Source of the DNA: Alphaproteobacteria bacterium
GTDB taxonomy: Bacteria; Pseudomonadota; Alphaproteobacteria; UBA9219; RGZA01
DNA: 64,000 nucleotides
Direction: 5' to 3'
Assembly (NCBI GenBank): GCA_028278105.1
Contig: JANQEX010000077.1
Location: 2,030-66,029 of the forward strand
In this document: one piece after another, positions 38,984 to 47,978 of the stretch
How the letters are laid out: each line of letters opens with the position of its first letter
How positions within the stretch are numbered: position 1 is the stretch's first letter
Position numbers and translations under genes: made by a program
The notes under the pieces: generated by a model
Told to the model about the DNA's origin: nothing
Databases searched by the model: none
Seen by the model: the letters and a program-made list of their open reading frames with translations, nothing else

Positions 38984-40311
38984 CGCGCGCCTTTTTGCTC
39001 TGCCTGATCCTGCTGGCCTTGCCGCTTGCCGCGCAGGCCGGGACGGAGGTGCGGAAAGTCACCTCGTCCCGCGGCATCACCGCCTGGCTGCGCGAGGATC
39101 AAAGCCTGCCCATCGTCTCCATCGCCTTTGCCTGGCGCGGCGGGTTCGAGCGGGATCCCGAAAACCGCCAGGGCCTCGGCGCGCTGGCCACGGCCATGCT
39201 CACGCGCGGGGCCGGGCCGTGGGACGACAATGCCTATCAAAAGGAATTGCAGGAAAACGTCATCGGCATTTCCTTCGGTTCCGCGCGCGACCAGGTGAGC
39301 GGCCGGCTGAAAAGCCTGAAGGAAACCCTGCCCCTGGCCACAAGGCTTCTGGCCGCCGCGGTGAACGAGCCGCGCTTTGGCCCGGAAGCCCTGGCCCGCC
39401 AGAAGGCGCGGCAGCAAAGCGCGTTGAAATTCCGCCTGTCCGACCCGGAATGGCTTCTGGCGCGCCTGGCCATGCGCGAGGTGTTCGCGGGCCATCCCTA
39501 TGGCTTGCGCGCGCAGGGAACGGCGCGGAGCATCGCGGCGGTCACGGCGGAAGACTTGCGCCATTGGCATGCCCGCCATCTGGCGCGCGGCAATCTTCTG
39601 GTGACGGCGTCGGGCGCCATCAGCGCCGCCGGCCTCTCAAGGCTTCTGGATCAGGTGTTCGGCGCGCTTCCCGAAAATCCGCCTCCTGCGTCCGTTCCCG
39701 ATGCCGCGTTTGAAATCGGCGGAAAAAATTTTCTTTTGAAAAAACCGGGCCCGCAGGCCGAAATGCTGCTCATCTGGCCAGGTCTGCCGCGCGCGTCGCC
39801 CGACTGGCATGCCGGCGAGGTGATGAACTACATTCTGGGCGGCGGCGGCTTTTCCTCGCGGCTGATGAAGGAAATCCGCGTGAAACGGGGCCTGACCTAT
39901 GGCGTCAGCACGGGCTTTTCGCCGCTGGACCACGCGGCGCTGTTCCTGTTGCAGGTTTCCGCGCGCGGCAAGGACGCGGGCCGGGTTCTGCGTCTTGCGC
40001 GCGATGAAATCAGGAAGCTGGCCGCGACGCCGCCGGACGGCGATGAATTGCAGGCCGCCAAGGATGACCTGATCGGCTCTTACCCGCTTGCGTTGACCTC
40101 CACCTCCGCCATCGCGGGGCACGATTTGCGGCTGCGGCTGGATGATCTTTCCCCGGACGAGGAAGAGCGCCGCGCCCAGGCCATCCGCGCGGTCACGGCG
40201 GAGCAGGTGCGCGACCTTGCCAAGCGGCTGCTCTCCCGCCCGCCCGCGCTGTTCATGGTGGGCGAGCCGGAAGGCGTCACGCCCGGCGAAATATTTACAG
40301 AAATTGATTAA
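38980..40311 (+). CDS. M16-family peptidase (second, likely non-catalytic subunit)
   Basis: Translationally coupled to the upstream gene (ATGA overlap). Signal peptide MTRAFLLCLILLALPLAAQA and an M16 fold, but no intact HxxEH motif. Confidence 0.7.
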   Translation: MTRAFLLCLILLALPLAAQAGTEVRKVTSSRGITAWLREDQSLPIVSIAFAWRGGFERDPENRQGLGALATAMLTRGAGPWDDNAYQKELQENVIGISFGSARDQVSGRLKSLKETLPLATRLLAAAVNEPRFGPEALARQKARQQSALKFRLSDPEWLLARLAMREVFAGHPYGLRAQGTARSIAAVTAEDLRHWHARHLARGNLLVTASGAISAAGLSRLLDQVFGALPENPPPASVPDAAFEIGGKNFLLKKPGPQAEMLLIWPGLPRASPDWHAGEVMNYILGGGGFSSRLMKEIRVKRGLTYGVSTGFSPLDHAALFLLQVSARGKDAGRVLRLARDEIRKLAATPPDGDELQAAKDDLIGSYPLALTSTSAIAGHDLRLRLDDLSPDEEERRAQAIRAVTAEQVRDLAKRLLSRPPALFMVGEPEGVTPGEIFTEID

Positions 40312-40324
40312 GGCGCTTTCCAGT

Positions 40325-40397
40325 CAGGGTCACGAGGGGCGGAAGGGTCAACAGGGTCGAAAAAAGACCCCCATGACCCTTCTGACCCCTATGCCCC
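40325..40397. repeat. Family-4 GGGTCA/TGACCC palindromic array
   Basis: CAGGGTCACGAGGGGCGGAAGGGTCAACAGGGTCGAAAAAAGACCCCCATGACCCTTCTGACCCC. Confidence 0.7.
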
Positions 40398-40404
40398 TGC
40401 GTTA

Positions 40405-40547
40405 GGTGATGTTTACAAAGACGCTATGCCTAAGGATTTTCGGCGTTTTCGAGAACCGGCGCGCAGTGTACGTCCATGTACATGAGCACCGGAAGCGCAG
40501 AAAACGCCGAAAAGCCAACGGCAGAGTTCGTCTTTGTAAACATCACC
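40405..40547. mobile_element. MITE-B: 143-bp element with perfect 19-bp TIRs GGTGATGTTTACAAAGACG / CGTCTTTGTAAACATCACC
   Basis: Perfect terminal inverted repeats. The interior is itself palindromic (TTTTCGGCGTTTTCGAGAACCGG ... CGCAGAAAACGCCGAAAAG; GTACGTCCATGTACATG). The right TIR abuts the xthA stop codon. Confidence 0.7.
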
Positions 40548-41332
40548 TAGCCCAATTCCGCCATCACCGGCACGTGGTCGCTGGGCTGGTCCCAGCCGCG
40601 GGCGTCTTTCAGGATGGCGATGCGCTTGACGTTCCCGGCCAGCGCGGGATCGGCCCAGATATGGTCCAGCCGCCGCCCGCGGTCGGAGGCGCGCCAGTCC
40701 CGCGCGCGGTAGCTCCACCAGGAATAAAGCTTCTGGCTGTGGGGCACGAAGGCCCGCGCCACGTCGACGCCGCCAAAGGCTTTTTGCAGCTTGCCCAGCT
40801 TGTCCACCTCCACCGGCGTATGCGACACCACGTCCAGCATCTGCCGGTGCGACCACACATCATGCTCCAGCGGCGCGATGTTCAGGTCGCCCACCAGAAG
40901 GCGCGGCTTTTGCGTGGCCTGCCCGCGCCACCAGGCCGTCAACTCGTCCAGAAACCGGAGCTTGTGCGCGAATTTGGGATTGGCCTTCGCGTCCGGCGCG
41001 TCGCCGCCCGCCGGCACGTAAACGCAGTGAAGCTCCGGCCCCTTTTCCAGCTTCACATGGATATGGCGGCAATCCTCCATGCCGCACCAGTGCCGCACGG
41101 CCGGCGCGGCGAAGGGACGGCGCGAAAGGATCGCCACGCCGTTGTAGCCCTTCATGCCGCTGACGTGCCGGTGGCGGTAGCCCTGTTCGGCGAAAGGCCC
41201 GTGCGGAAAAAGCTCGTCCGGGACCTTGGTTTCCTGGAGGCAGATCACGTCGGGCCGGGCCGCGTCGATCAGCCGCAGGACAAGAGGCAGGCGCAGCCGC
41301 ACCGAATTGATGTTCCAGGTGGCCAGACGCAT
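40547..41332 (-). CDS. xthA: Exodeoxyribonuclease III
   Basis: 261-aa ORF with the EEP-family AP-endonuclease N-terminus MRLATWNINSVR and catalytic motifs (LQETK, GDLN, DH). Confidence 0.85.
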   Translation of the reverse strand: MRLATWNINSVRLRLPLVLRLIDAARPDVICLQETKVPDELFPHGPFAEQGYRHRHVSGMKGYNGVAILSRRPFAAPAVRHWCGMEDCRHIHVKLEKGPELHCVYVPAGGDAPDAKANPKFAHKLRFLDELTAWWRGQATQKPRLLVGDLNIAPLEHDVWSHRQMLDVVSHTPVEVDKLGKLQKAFGGVDVARAFVPHSQKLYSWWSYRARDWRASDRGRRLDHIWADPALAGNVKRIAILKDARGWDQPSDHVPVMAELG

Positions 41333-41335
41333 GGA

Positions 41336-42043
41336 TCAGAAACGGCCCTTTCTGGGGGGATCGAACAGGAAGGTGGAGGACGGCACCTCCACGTTCGCCT
41401 GCGCGTTGGAAAGGGCGACGCGCGTGGTCAGCCCCTGCGCGTCGGTCACGCGCCAGTTGCGCAGGACCAGCGGGTTGTCCTCGAACTCCAGCGTCATCAT
41501 GCCGGCGTCGGGATTGCCGGCTTGCGTTACGTCGATCTCCAGCATGGAAGGATAATAATGCACGGCGGTCACGGTGATATCGCCCGAAAACGTGAAGGGG
41601 TCGCGCAGGATGATGTCGGCCAGCGACTGTCCCAAGGGCACGCTGGAAGACGTCTTCGCCCGGCTGTCCCAGGCGTGGATGAAAAGCCCGTCCGCCACCA
41701 GAAGATCACGATGGGGCGGCGCGTATTCCAGGCGCATCCTGCCCGGACGTTTCAACACCAGCTTGCCCCTGGTGATCCTGCCGTCCGGCAGGGTTTGCGT
41801 GAAGTCGGCTCTCAGGCTGCGCAGTTCGTTCAAATAGGTTTCCACCCGTGCGATGGTGGCGCGGTCCCTGGCGGCATGGGCCGCTTTCGATTCATCCTTG
41901 CCCCCGGTTTTGGGCGCGATCAGCGGCGTCACCGCCGGCCGCGGGCCGGAAGGCGCGGGCTCTTCGGCGCCCAGCGGCGGGGCAAGAACCAGAAAGGCAA
42001 GAAAAGCGAAGAGGGGGTAGTGTCTCGGTTTGAAAAGCATCAT
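41336..42043 (-). CDS. LolA-like outer-membrane lipoprotein carrier protein
   Basis: Signal peptide MMLFKPRHYPLFAFLAFLVLAPPLGA and a LolA-like fold signature (ADFTQT..., RMRLEY). The maximal track ORF extends a further 155 codons into the REP2/REP3 cluster and was trimmed to ATG 42043. Confidence 0.65.
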   Translation of the reverse strand: MMLFKPRHYPLFAFLAFLVLAPPLGAEEPAPSGPRPAVTPLIAPKTGGKDESKAAHAARDRATIARVETYLNELRSLRADFTQTLPDGRITRGKLVLKRPGRMRLEYAPPHRDLLVADGLFIHAWDSRAKTSSSVPLGQSLADIILRDPFTFSGDITVTAVHYYPSMLEIDVTQAGNPDAGMMTLEFEDNPLVLRNWRVTDAQGLTTRVALSNAQANVEVPSSTFLFDPPRKGRF

Positions 42044-42465
42044 GCCCGCCCCCGCCTGCCCGCCTCCGCAAAAGCTTCGGCGCGACACATGCGCCAGGAC
42101 ATCGGCGGTGCCGCAGGTGAAGCCGGGCGCGGGGGCAGGTTCCGGCGGGGGTCTCAAAATCCAGGCGTCCCCGCGACCCGTCTTCGCTAAAGCTACGCCG
42201 GGCCATTTTGCAAGCTCGCCCTGCGAAGCCGAAGGCGTAGCAGGGAAGCGGGGACCCAGTTTGTTTATAATAAAACCAGGCCCCCGCTTGTCCGCCTCCG
42301 CAGGCTTCGGCGCGACGGACACGCCAAGACCTCGGCGTAGCCGCAGGCGAAGCCGGGCGCGGGGGCGCCTGAGTGTGTGGTGACTGCCGGGTCCGGCCTG
42401 TCCGCCTCCGCAAGCTTCGGTGCGACGGGCACGCCAAGACCTCGGCGAAGCCGGGCGCGGGGGTG
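42044..42465. repeat. Cluster of three REP2 copies and one REP3 copy
   Basis: REP2 at 42044-42145, 42280-42366 and 42390-42463. REP3 at 42168-42255. All are GC-rich imperfect palindromes sharing GCGAAGCCGGGCGCGGGGG arms. Confidence 0.75.
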
Positions 42466-42567
42466 ATTTCCAAGGTGAGGCATTGCCAAGAAGAGGGGCG
42501 GAAAGTTTCATGCCCCCATGTTAGACTATGATTTATGGCAAGAATGAAGCGTCTTTTTTTGGCCCGA

Positions 42568-43185
42568 TCAGGCCAGAACGCTCAGGTTCCGTCCGGCCAG
42601 CGCCGCGCCGCTGGCCGTCGCCACGCCCTGGTAAACCCCGCTGCCGCGGCCCAGAACGCTGGGCAGGGAAAGGGCTTTCGCGGGTGATAATGCATTATCT
42701 TTTCCGGTCAATTCCGGGGTGGCTTTGAGGCCCACGGCAAAATCCGTTTTATCCTTGCTTTCTTCATCTTCCTTCTCTCTTTTATCGTCCGCGTCGATGG
42801 CCTCCAGGCCGCGCGGAAAAGCGTAGACATTGCCCTGCACCTTGTTCAGGGCGCGGTCTTCGTCGAGATCGCTTTGGCTGGTTGACGTAACCTCCCCGCC
42901 CTCGCGGCTGGTCTTGACCTTGGCGCTTTTTTCGGTTTCCAGAAACAGGACATTGCGCGGCAGCTTGGTAAGCGAAAACTGGCTGAGCGGCAGCCCGCCT
43001 CCGTGCTGCAACGCGGCAATCGTCGCGGCCTGCTCGGCGTTGCCGACAATTCCCGCGGAGCGAATGGCGGTGCCCGTGCCGGTGTAATTGGCGACGTCAT
43101 TGTAAACAGGAAAGTAACTGTGAATCAGCGCGGCCATGCCCGCTCCCGTGCCTTTGAAAAAGACGCTCTTGAAACAGGGGGGCAT
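42568..43185 (-). CDS. Hypothetical protein (low complexity, Asp/Glu/Lys-rich centre), start uncertain
   Basis: 205-aa ORF; a plausible start is MAALIHSYF at 43137. No recognised motifs. GC is lower than in the neighbouring genes. Confidence 0.35.
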   Translation of the reverse strand: MPPCFKSVFFKGTGAGMAALIHSYFPVYNDVANYTGTGTAIRSAGIVGNAEQAATIAALQHGGGLPLSQFSLTKLPRNVLFLETEKSAKVKTSREGGEVTSTSQSDLDEDRALNKVQGNVYAFPRGLEAIDADDKREKEDEESKDKTDFAVGLKATPELTGKDNALSPAKALSLPSVLGRGSGVYQGVATASGAALAGRNLSVLA

Positions 43186-43360
43186 TATGGAACGGAAATG
43201 CTTGAAAAGGCTTTAAATGGAGGGGAAATTCCCGCGATGTTTTCCCGGAAACGGCAAAAAAGCCGGTTTTTGGTTAACGCATGTTAGTATTTTATCGTGG
43301 GCTTGTGTTTGTATAAGAATGAACAGGATTTGTCCGGAAACAAGGAAAAGGAAACATGAC

Positions 43361-43660
43361 ATGATGGAGGCCGTCACGCCTATGATCGGACATTACTATG
43401 AGGTGAGAATGGAAATTGTAGCGCCGCTCCGGCGTGGTCCAAGCATGCTCGCTCCTGTAACAGTTCAGGAAAAAGACGTGGTTTTTGTCCTGAACATGGT
43501 TCCGGCGGATGAGGGGCATGATTCTCTTGTCGAAGTTGCTCCTGTGGACGGAATGGGGAAACCGTTCGAAGATTTGACCCTGCGTATGCCAACAGAGGAA
43601 TTTAGAAGGATCGCCCGGCTTCATCCCCATGACCCGCTGTTAAACGCCGGAATGCAGTAG
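43361..43660 (+). CDS. Hypothetical small protein
   Basis: 99-aa ORF with RBS AAGGAAA upstream of a tandem ATG ATG. No family recognised. Lies in an AT-richer patch. Confidence 0.35.
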   Translation: MMEAVTPMIGHYYEVRMEIVAPLRRGPSMLAPVTVQEKDVVFVLNMVPADEGHDSLVEVAPVDGMGKPFEDLTLRMPTEEFRRIARLHPHDPLLNAGMQ

Positions 43661-43671
43661 CGCGCACAGGC

Positions 43672-46041
43672 TTAATCATCCAGGCTCCGGCCCAGAATTT
43701 CCCGCTTGCCCACATGGTTGGGCGCGCCGACGATGCCGTCCTTCTCCATCAAATCCATGATGCGCGCGGCGCGGTTGTAGCCGATCTGCAAATGGCGCTG
43801 GATGAAGCTGGTGGAGGCCTTGCGCTCGCGCAGAACGAGATCCACCGCCTTGTCGTAGAGTTCATCACCGTCCTGGCCTTCGCCGGGGCCGGCTCCCTCG
43901 CCGCCGCCTTCGGCCTCGTCCTCGGTGATGTCCTCGACATATTCCGGCTCGCCCTGTTCCTTGAGGAAGGCCACCACCTCTTCCACCTCGACCTCGCTCA
44001 CGAAGGGGCCGTGCACGCGGGTCAGGCGGCCGCCGCCCGCCATGTGAAGCATGTCGCCCTGTCCCAGAAGCTGCTCGGCGCCCTGCTCGCCCAGAATGGT
44101 CCGGCTGTCGATTTTGGAGGTCACCTGAAAGCTGACGCGCGAGGGAAAGTTGGCCTTGATCGTGCCGGTAATCACGTCCACCGAGGGCCGCTGCGTGGCC
44201 ATGATGAGGTGAATGCCGGCCGCGCGCGCCATCTGCGCCAGGCGCTGGATGGCGGCCTCGATGTCCTTGCCCGCCACCAGCATCAGGTCGGCCATTTCAT
44301 CGACGATCACCACGATATAGGGCAGGTCGGTCAAATCCAGCGGCTGGTCCTCGAACACCGGCTTGCCGGTGTCGGGGTCGAAGCCGGTCTGCACCTTGCG
44401 CAACAGGGTCTTGCCGGCCTCGCGCGCCTCGCGCACGCGCATGTTGTAGCCCTCGATGTTGCGCACGCCCAGCTTCGACATGGCGCGATAGCGCTCCTCC
44501 ATCTCGCGCACCGTCCATTTCAGGGCGAAGACGGCCTTGCGCGGCTCGGTCACCACCGGAGCCAGCAGATGCGGGATGCCCTCATAGGCCGACAGCTCCA
44601 GCATCTTGGGGTCGATCATGATGAAGCGGCATTCGCGCGGCCCGTGGCGGTAGAGCAGCGACAGGATCATGGTGTTGACGGCCACCGACTTGCCCGATCC
44701 GGTCGTGCCCGCCACCAGAAGATGCGGCATGCGCGACAGGTCCGTCAAAACCGGTGCGCCGCCGATATCCTTGCCAAGAGCGAGCGGCAGGCGCAGCGCC
44801 GGGTCCCGGTGCGCCTCGGTCATCAGGATTTCGCGCAGATAAACCATCTCGCGCCGGCGGTTGGGCAGTTCGATGCCGATGCGGGTGCTGCCCGGCACCA
44901 CGGCGATGCGCACCGAAATGGCGCTCATCGAGCGGGCCACGTCGTCGGCCAGGCTCACGACGCGCGAGGACCGTATGCCGGGCGCCGGCTCCAGCTCGTA
45001 GAGCGTGATGACCGGGCCGGGGCTGACCTCGACGATGCGGCCCTGCACGCCGAAATCGCCCAGGACGCCTTCCAGCATGCGGGCGTTTTTTTCCAGCATG
45101 GCTTCGTCGGGACCGTCCCCGCCGCGCGAGACGGCATCGGGCAGTTGCAGGAGATTGAGCGGCGGCAGGATGCCGCCGCCGGTGCTTTCGGCGAAGTCCA
45201 GCCGGGTTTGCACGGGCGTTCTGGTCTTGCGCAGCACGGCGCGGCGTTTTTTCTTGCGCACCAGGGTGGGGGCGACGCTTTCTTCCTGCTCCTCCTCGGC
45301 GGCGGGCTCGTCGAGCACGAGGCGCGGCGCGTCCTCCACATCCTCTTTCCTGATCCAGGCCGCGAAGGATTTCGCCGCCCACCACAGAAAGGAAAGCGCG
45401 TGCGCCGACACCTTGTGAACGAATTTCAGCACACGCTGCCATTCCTCCAGCGACAGGCCGCAGCAAAGATAGAGAAAGCCGGTTGCCAGAACGGCGCAGA
45501 AAACGCCCAGCCCCGCCACGACTCCCTGGCCAAAGGCCGAATGACGCAGCAGCGTGTGGGCGATCTGTCCCGGAAGCCCGCCGCTTGACGCGCCTGCGGC
45601 CGGCGGCTCGCCGAAGCCGTAGGCCAGGCCCTGCAAGGCGGCCGCGGAGAGGGCAAGGGTGACGAGCGCGGTCACGCAGCGCAGGAGAAAGGGGCTCAGG
45701 CCCCGTCCCGTCGCCACCCGCCAGGCCCAGGCCGCGAAGATGATGACCAGCAGGTAAGAGCCCCAGCCGAATCCCTGATGCAGGATATCGGCGGCATAGC
45801 TGCCCCCTGGACCCAGCCAGTTCCGCGGGGCGAGGTTTTCCACGTTCGAGGCGGTGTTCAGCGAGGGATCGGCGCTGTCATAGGTCAGCAACGCCACGAG
45901 GCAGCAAAGCGCCAGGCCCAGCAAGGCGAACCCGCCCAGTTGCATCAGCCGTTTCATCAGCCCTTCATACAGGCTTTCGGGCAGCCATTGCCGCTCGCGG
46001 ACGCGCGGGGACTTGAAACGGTGGGAGAGAAGACGGGGCAT
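43672..46041 (-). CDS. ftsK: DNA translocase FtsK
   Basis: 789-aa ORF with N-terminal TM helices, a proline/acidic linker, a motor domain with Walker A GTTGSGKS and a C-terminal gamma (winged-helix) domain. Confidence 0.9.
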   Translation of the reverse strand: MPRLLSHRFKSPRVRERQWLPESLYEGLMKRLMQLGGFALLGLALCCLVALLTYDSADPSLNTASNVENLAPRNWLGPGGSYAADILHQGFGWGSYLLVIIFAAWAWRVATGRGLSPFLLRCVTALVTLALSAAALQGLAYGFGEPPAAGASSGGLPGQIAHTLLRHSAFGQGVVAGLGVFCAVLATGFLYLCCGLSLEEWQRVLKFVHKVSAHALSFLWWAAKSFAAWIRKEDVEDAPRLVLDEPAAEEEQEESVAPTLVRKKKRRAVLRKTRTPVQTRLDFAESTGGGILPPLNLLQLPDAVSRGGDGPDEAMLEKNARMLEGVLGDFGVQGRIVEVSPGPVITLYELEPAPGIRSSRVVSLADDVARSMSAISVRIAVVPGSTRIGIELPNRRREMVYLREILMTEAHRDPALRLPLALGKDIGGAPVLTDLSRMPHLLVAGTTGSGKSVAVNTMILSLLYRHGPRECRFIMIDPKMLELSAYEGIPHLLAPVVTEPRKAVFALKWTVREMEERYRAMSKLGVRNIEGYNMRVREAREAGKTLLRKVQTGFDPDTGKPVFEDQPLDLTDLPYIVVIVDEMADLMLVAGKDIEAAIQRLAQMARAAGIHLIMATQRPSVDVITGTIKANFPSRVSFQVTSKIDSRTILGEQGAEQLLGQGDMLHMAGGGRLTRVHGPFVSEVEVEEVVAFLKEQGEPEYVEDITEDEAEGGGEGAGPGEGQDGDELYDKAVDLVLRERKASTSFIQRHLQIGYNRAARIMDLMEKDGIVGAPNHVGKREILGRSLDD

Positions 46042-46270
46042 GATTCAGAGATCAGAGATCAGAGGTCAGAGGTCAGAAGTTAGAGGTCAATAGTCGATTG
46101 CAGAAAAGCTTATACAACGCAGGAAGGCCGGACTCCCCTCCCCTTGAGGGAGGGGTTGGGGGTGGGGTTTAAGCAGGGTCTCAAGGGTCATAAGGGTCAT
46201 GAGGGTCTTTTATGTTGACCCCTTCTGACCCTATTGACCCTTACGACCCTTTCACGACCCTCTCGACCCT
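46041..46270. repeat. Composite repeat region: heptamer tandem (TCAGAGA/TCAGAGG x7), a family-5 hairpin and a family-4 array
   Basis: 46041-46095 TCAGAGATCAGAGATCAGAGGTCAGAGGTCAGAAGTTAGAGGTCAATAGTC. 46128-46169 CCCCTCCCCTTGAGGGAGGGGTTGGGGGTGGGGTT. 46172-46270 is a GGGTCA/TGACCC array whose last CTAG supplies the stop of the next gene. Confidence 0.75.
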
Positions 46271-47108
46271 AGAAGCTCACCATCTCCACCACGCCGCCCT
46301 GCGCGTCAAGGCAGGTGGCGTGAATCATACCATCAAGGGGTTTGCCGTCATCAAGGGTTAACAGAAAGCCTTTTTTTCCGGTATTTTCTCCGCCCGCGCC
46401 CCGGATGACCCGCGCATAGGGCGGCCAGGCTTTCGGCGGCGGCCCGCCGGGCAGGGGCCGGGTCAGCGCCTCGCGTTGCAGGTTGAGAGGCCGGCGCGGG
46501 TCGAATCCCTCCGGCACGAAGGCAAGAGGATGGGGCCCTTCGCTGCGCGCGGCGGCGAACTGGTTTTCAAAAAAAGGCAGATGGCCCGGTTGCGCGGCAA
46601 GCCGCCTGCGCCATTCGCTGGCGAAACGGTTGGCGGAGATCCGGTCGCCGGTCGCGGTTTGCAGGTCGCCGGGTCCGAACCCGTAGGGGCCGAGCGCGCA
46701 TTCCAGCCCGTCCGCCAGCGCTTTTTCCGCCCATTCCCGCGCGTCCGGCAAAAAGGCAAGGCGCGGCAGATCCTGCACCATCGCTTCCATTTTTCCGCGC
46801 AGGAAAACCACGTCGCGCGCGAAAAAACCCGGTATGGCGATGATGGCGTTGCGGAACGCCACCAGCTCGCCGATCAACGCCAGCCCCTCGCCGGTCCAGT
46901 GGCTGTGGGGACCCAGGTAGTTGCCAAGATACACCACGCGCTCGAACGGCCTCAGCCGGCGGATCAGCATTTCGTGCAACTGGCACAGCCCGCCATGGCG
47001 TCCGTGCAGCGATCCGATGGCCCAGATACGCTCCGGCCGTCCCAGCGCCGCGGCGGGGCTTGCGGCTGGCGGGCGAAAATCGGCGAAAGAGGCGGCAGGC
47101 AAGGACAT
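46269..47108 (-). CDS. Calcineurin-like metallophosphoesterase
   Basis: 279-aa ORF with phosphoesterase motifs (WAIGSLHG, GNYLGPH, a later GH region). Confidence 0.55.
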   Translation of the reverse strand: MSLPAASFADFRPPAASPAAALGRPERIWAIGSLHGRHGGLCQLHEMLIRRLRPFERVVYLGNYLGPHSHWTGEGLALIGELVAFRNAIIAIPGFFARDVVFLRGKMEAMVQDLPRLAFLPDAREWAEKALADGLECALGPYGFGPGDLQTATGDRISANRFASEWRRRLAAQPGHLPFFENQFAAARSEGPHPLAFVPEGFDPRRPLNLQREALTRPLPGGPPPKAWPPYARVIRGAGGENTGKKGFLLTLDDGKPLDGMIHATCLDAQGGVVEMVSF

Positions 47109-47195
47109 AAGAGGCTCAAATTATGCCGGGAATCGGCCAAAAGCCAAGCCGCAAGGCGTGTTGATTTATTGCTCATCACAAAAGCATGAAATCAC

Positions 47196-47382
47196 CGGGC
47201 GCGCCCGCGCCCGGCTTCGCCTGCGGCACCGCCGAGGTTTTGGCTATTCGTCACGCCGAAGCTTGCGGAGGCGGAAAAGCCGGGGCCAGCATGACATGAA
47301 TATATTTCCCCTCCCTCAAGGGGAGGGGAGTCAAGGCGGGCAGAGGGAGGAGGAGGTGATTTTCATTCCCCTCCCTCCGGCC
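47196..47382. repeat. REP2 copy followed by two family-5 hairpins
   Basis: 47196-47290 GCGCCCGCGCCCGGCTTCGCCTGCGGCACCGCCGAGG...GCGGAGGCGGAAAAGCCGGGGCC. 47304-47382 TTCCCCTCCCTCAAGGGGAGGGGAG...TTCATTCCCCTCCCTCC. Confidence 0.7.
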
Positions 47383-47681
47383 TAGCTTTGTCAAAGCTCC
47401 AGCAGGGGCGGGAGTGATTTGTTCAAACGGTTCCACAACCCCCGCGAAATACGGGTTGACCCCTGTTCATGAATCCCCCAGTATTTTCGCGGAAACGGCC
47501 TCTGCCGTTTCCGGGGTGTAGTAACCTCACACAAAGCGGTGTTTAGCGTTGCCGATACGAACGTTGCCTCCGGTCCGTCGGGCTGGGAGGCAGTGGCGTA
47601 TGTCCAAGCCTCACGGCCAAAGGCCTCTGCAATCGTCTTTGTGCGATTTACTAACTCCCAGTCACCAGGGGGAGTTTGAGC

Positions 47682-47978
47682 GTGGGCGCTTGCCGGGCCA
47701 TCGCCGTTATGGGCGTCATCGCAGGAATCGCGACTCTAACTGTTGCCGCTGCCGCAAGCGCACCGCCGGTAACGGGCGGGCTGAAGGACGAGACTCTTGT
47801 CCCTGAAAAAGCAATTACGCAGAACGAACGCGCGAAGCCGCCGCCGCCCTGTCCCAAGGTGATCGGCACGGAGCCGGTGGACATGTCGCGCTGCCGGCAT
47901 CGCGTCGTGACCGGTGCGGCAAGGCCCAAGCCCTATCCCGTCATCCCCGCCCTTTTCCCTACGCCGGGTAAGCCATGA
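47682..47978 (+). CDS. Small hypothetical secreted protein, translationally coupled to the downstream repeat protein
   Basis: RBS GGGGGAG seven nt upstream of GTG 47682. Signal-peptide-like N-terminus (AIAVMGVIAGIATLTVAAAASA). The stop overlaps the downstream ATG (ATGA). Confidence 0.45.
   Translation: MGACRAIAVMGVIAGIATLTVAAAASAPPVTGGLKDETLVPEKAITQNERAKPPPPCPKVIGTEPVDMSRCRHRVVTGAARPKPYPVIPALFPTPGKP

Noticed and set aside
40406-42190. 594-aa plus-strand ORF
   Set aside because: Runs antisense through MITE-B, xthA, the LolA-like gene and the REP cluster.
41336-42511. Full 391-aa track ORF for the LolA-like gene
   Set aside because: The N-terminal 155 codons are a translation of the REP2/REP3 cluster (Ala/Gly/Arg-rich). 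The signal peptide begins at the internal Met at 42043.
43714-45588. 624-aa plus-strand ORF
   Set aside because: Antisense to ftsK.
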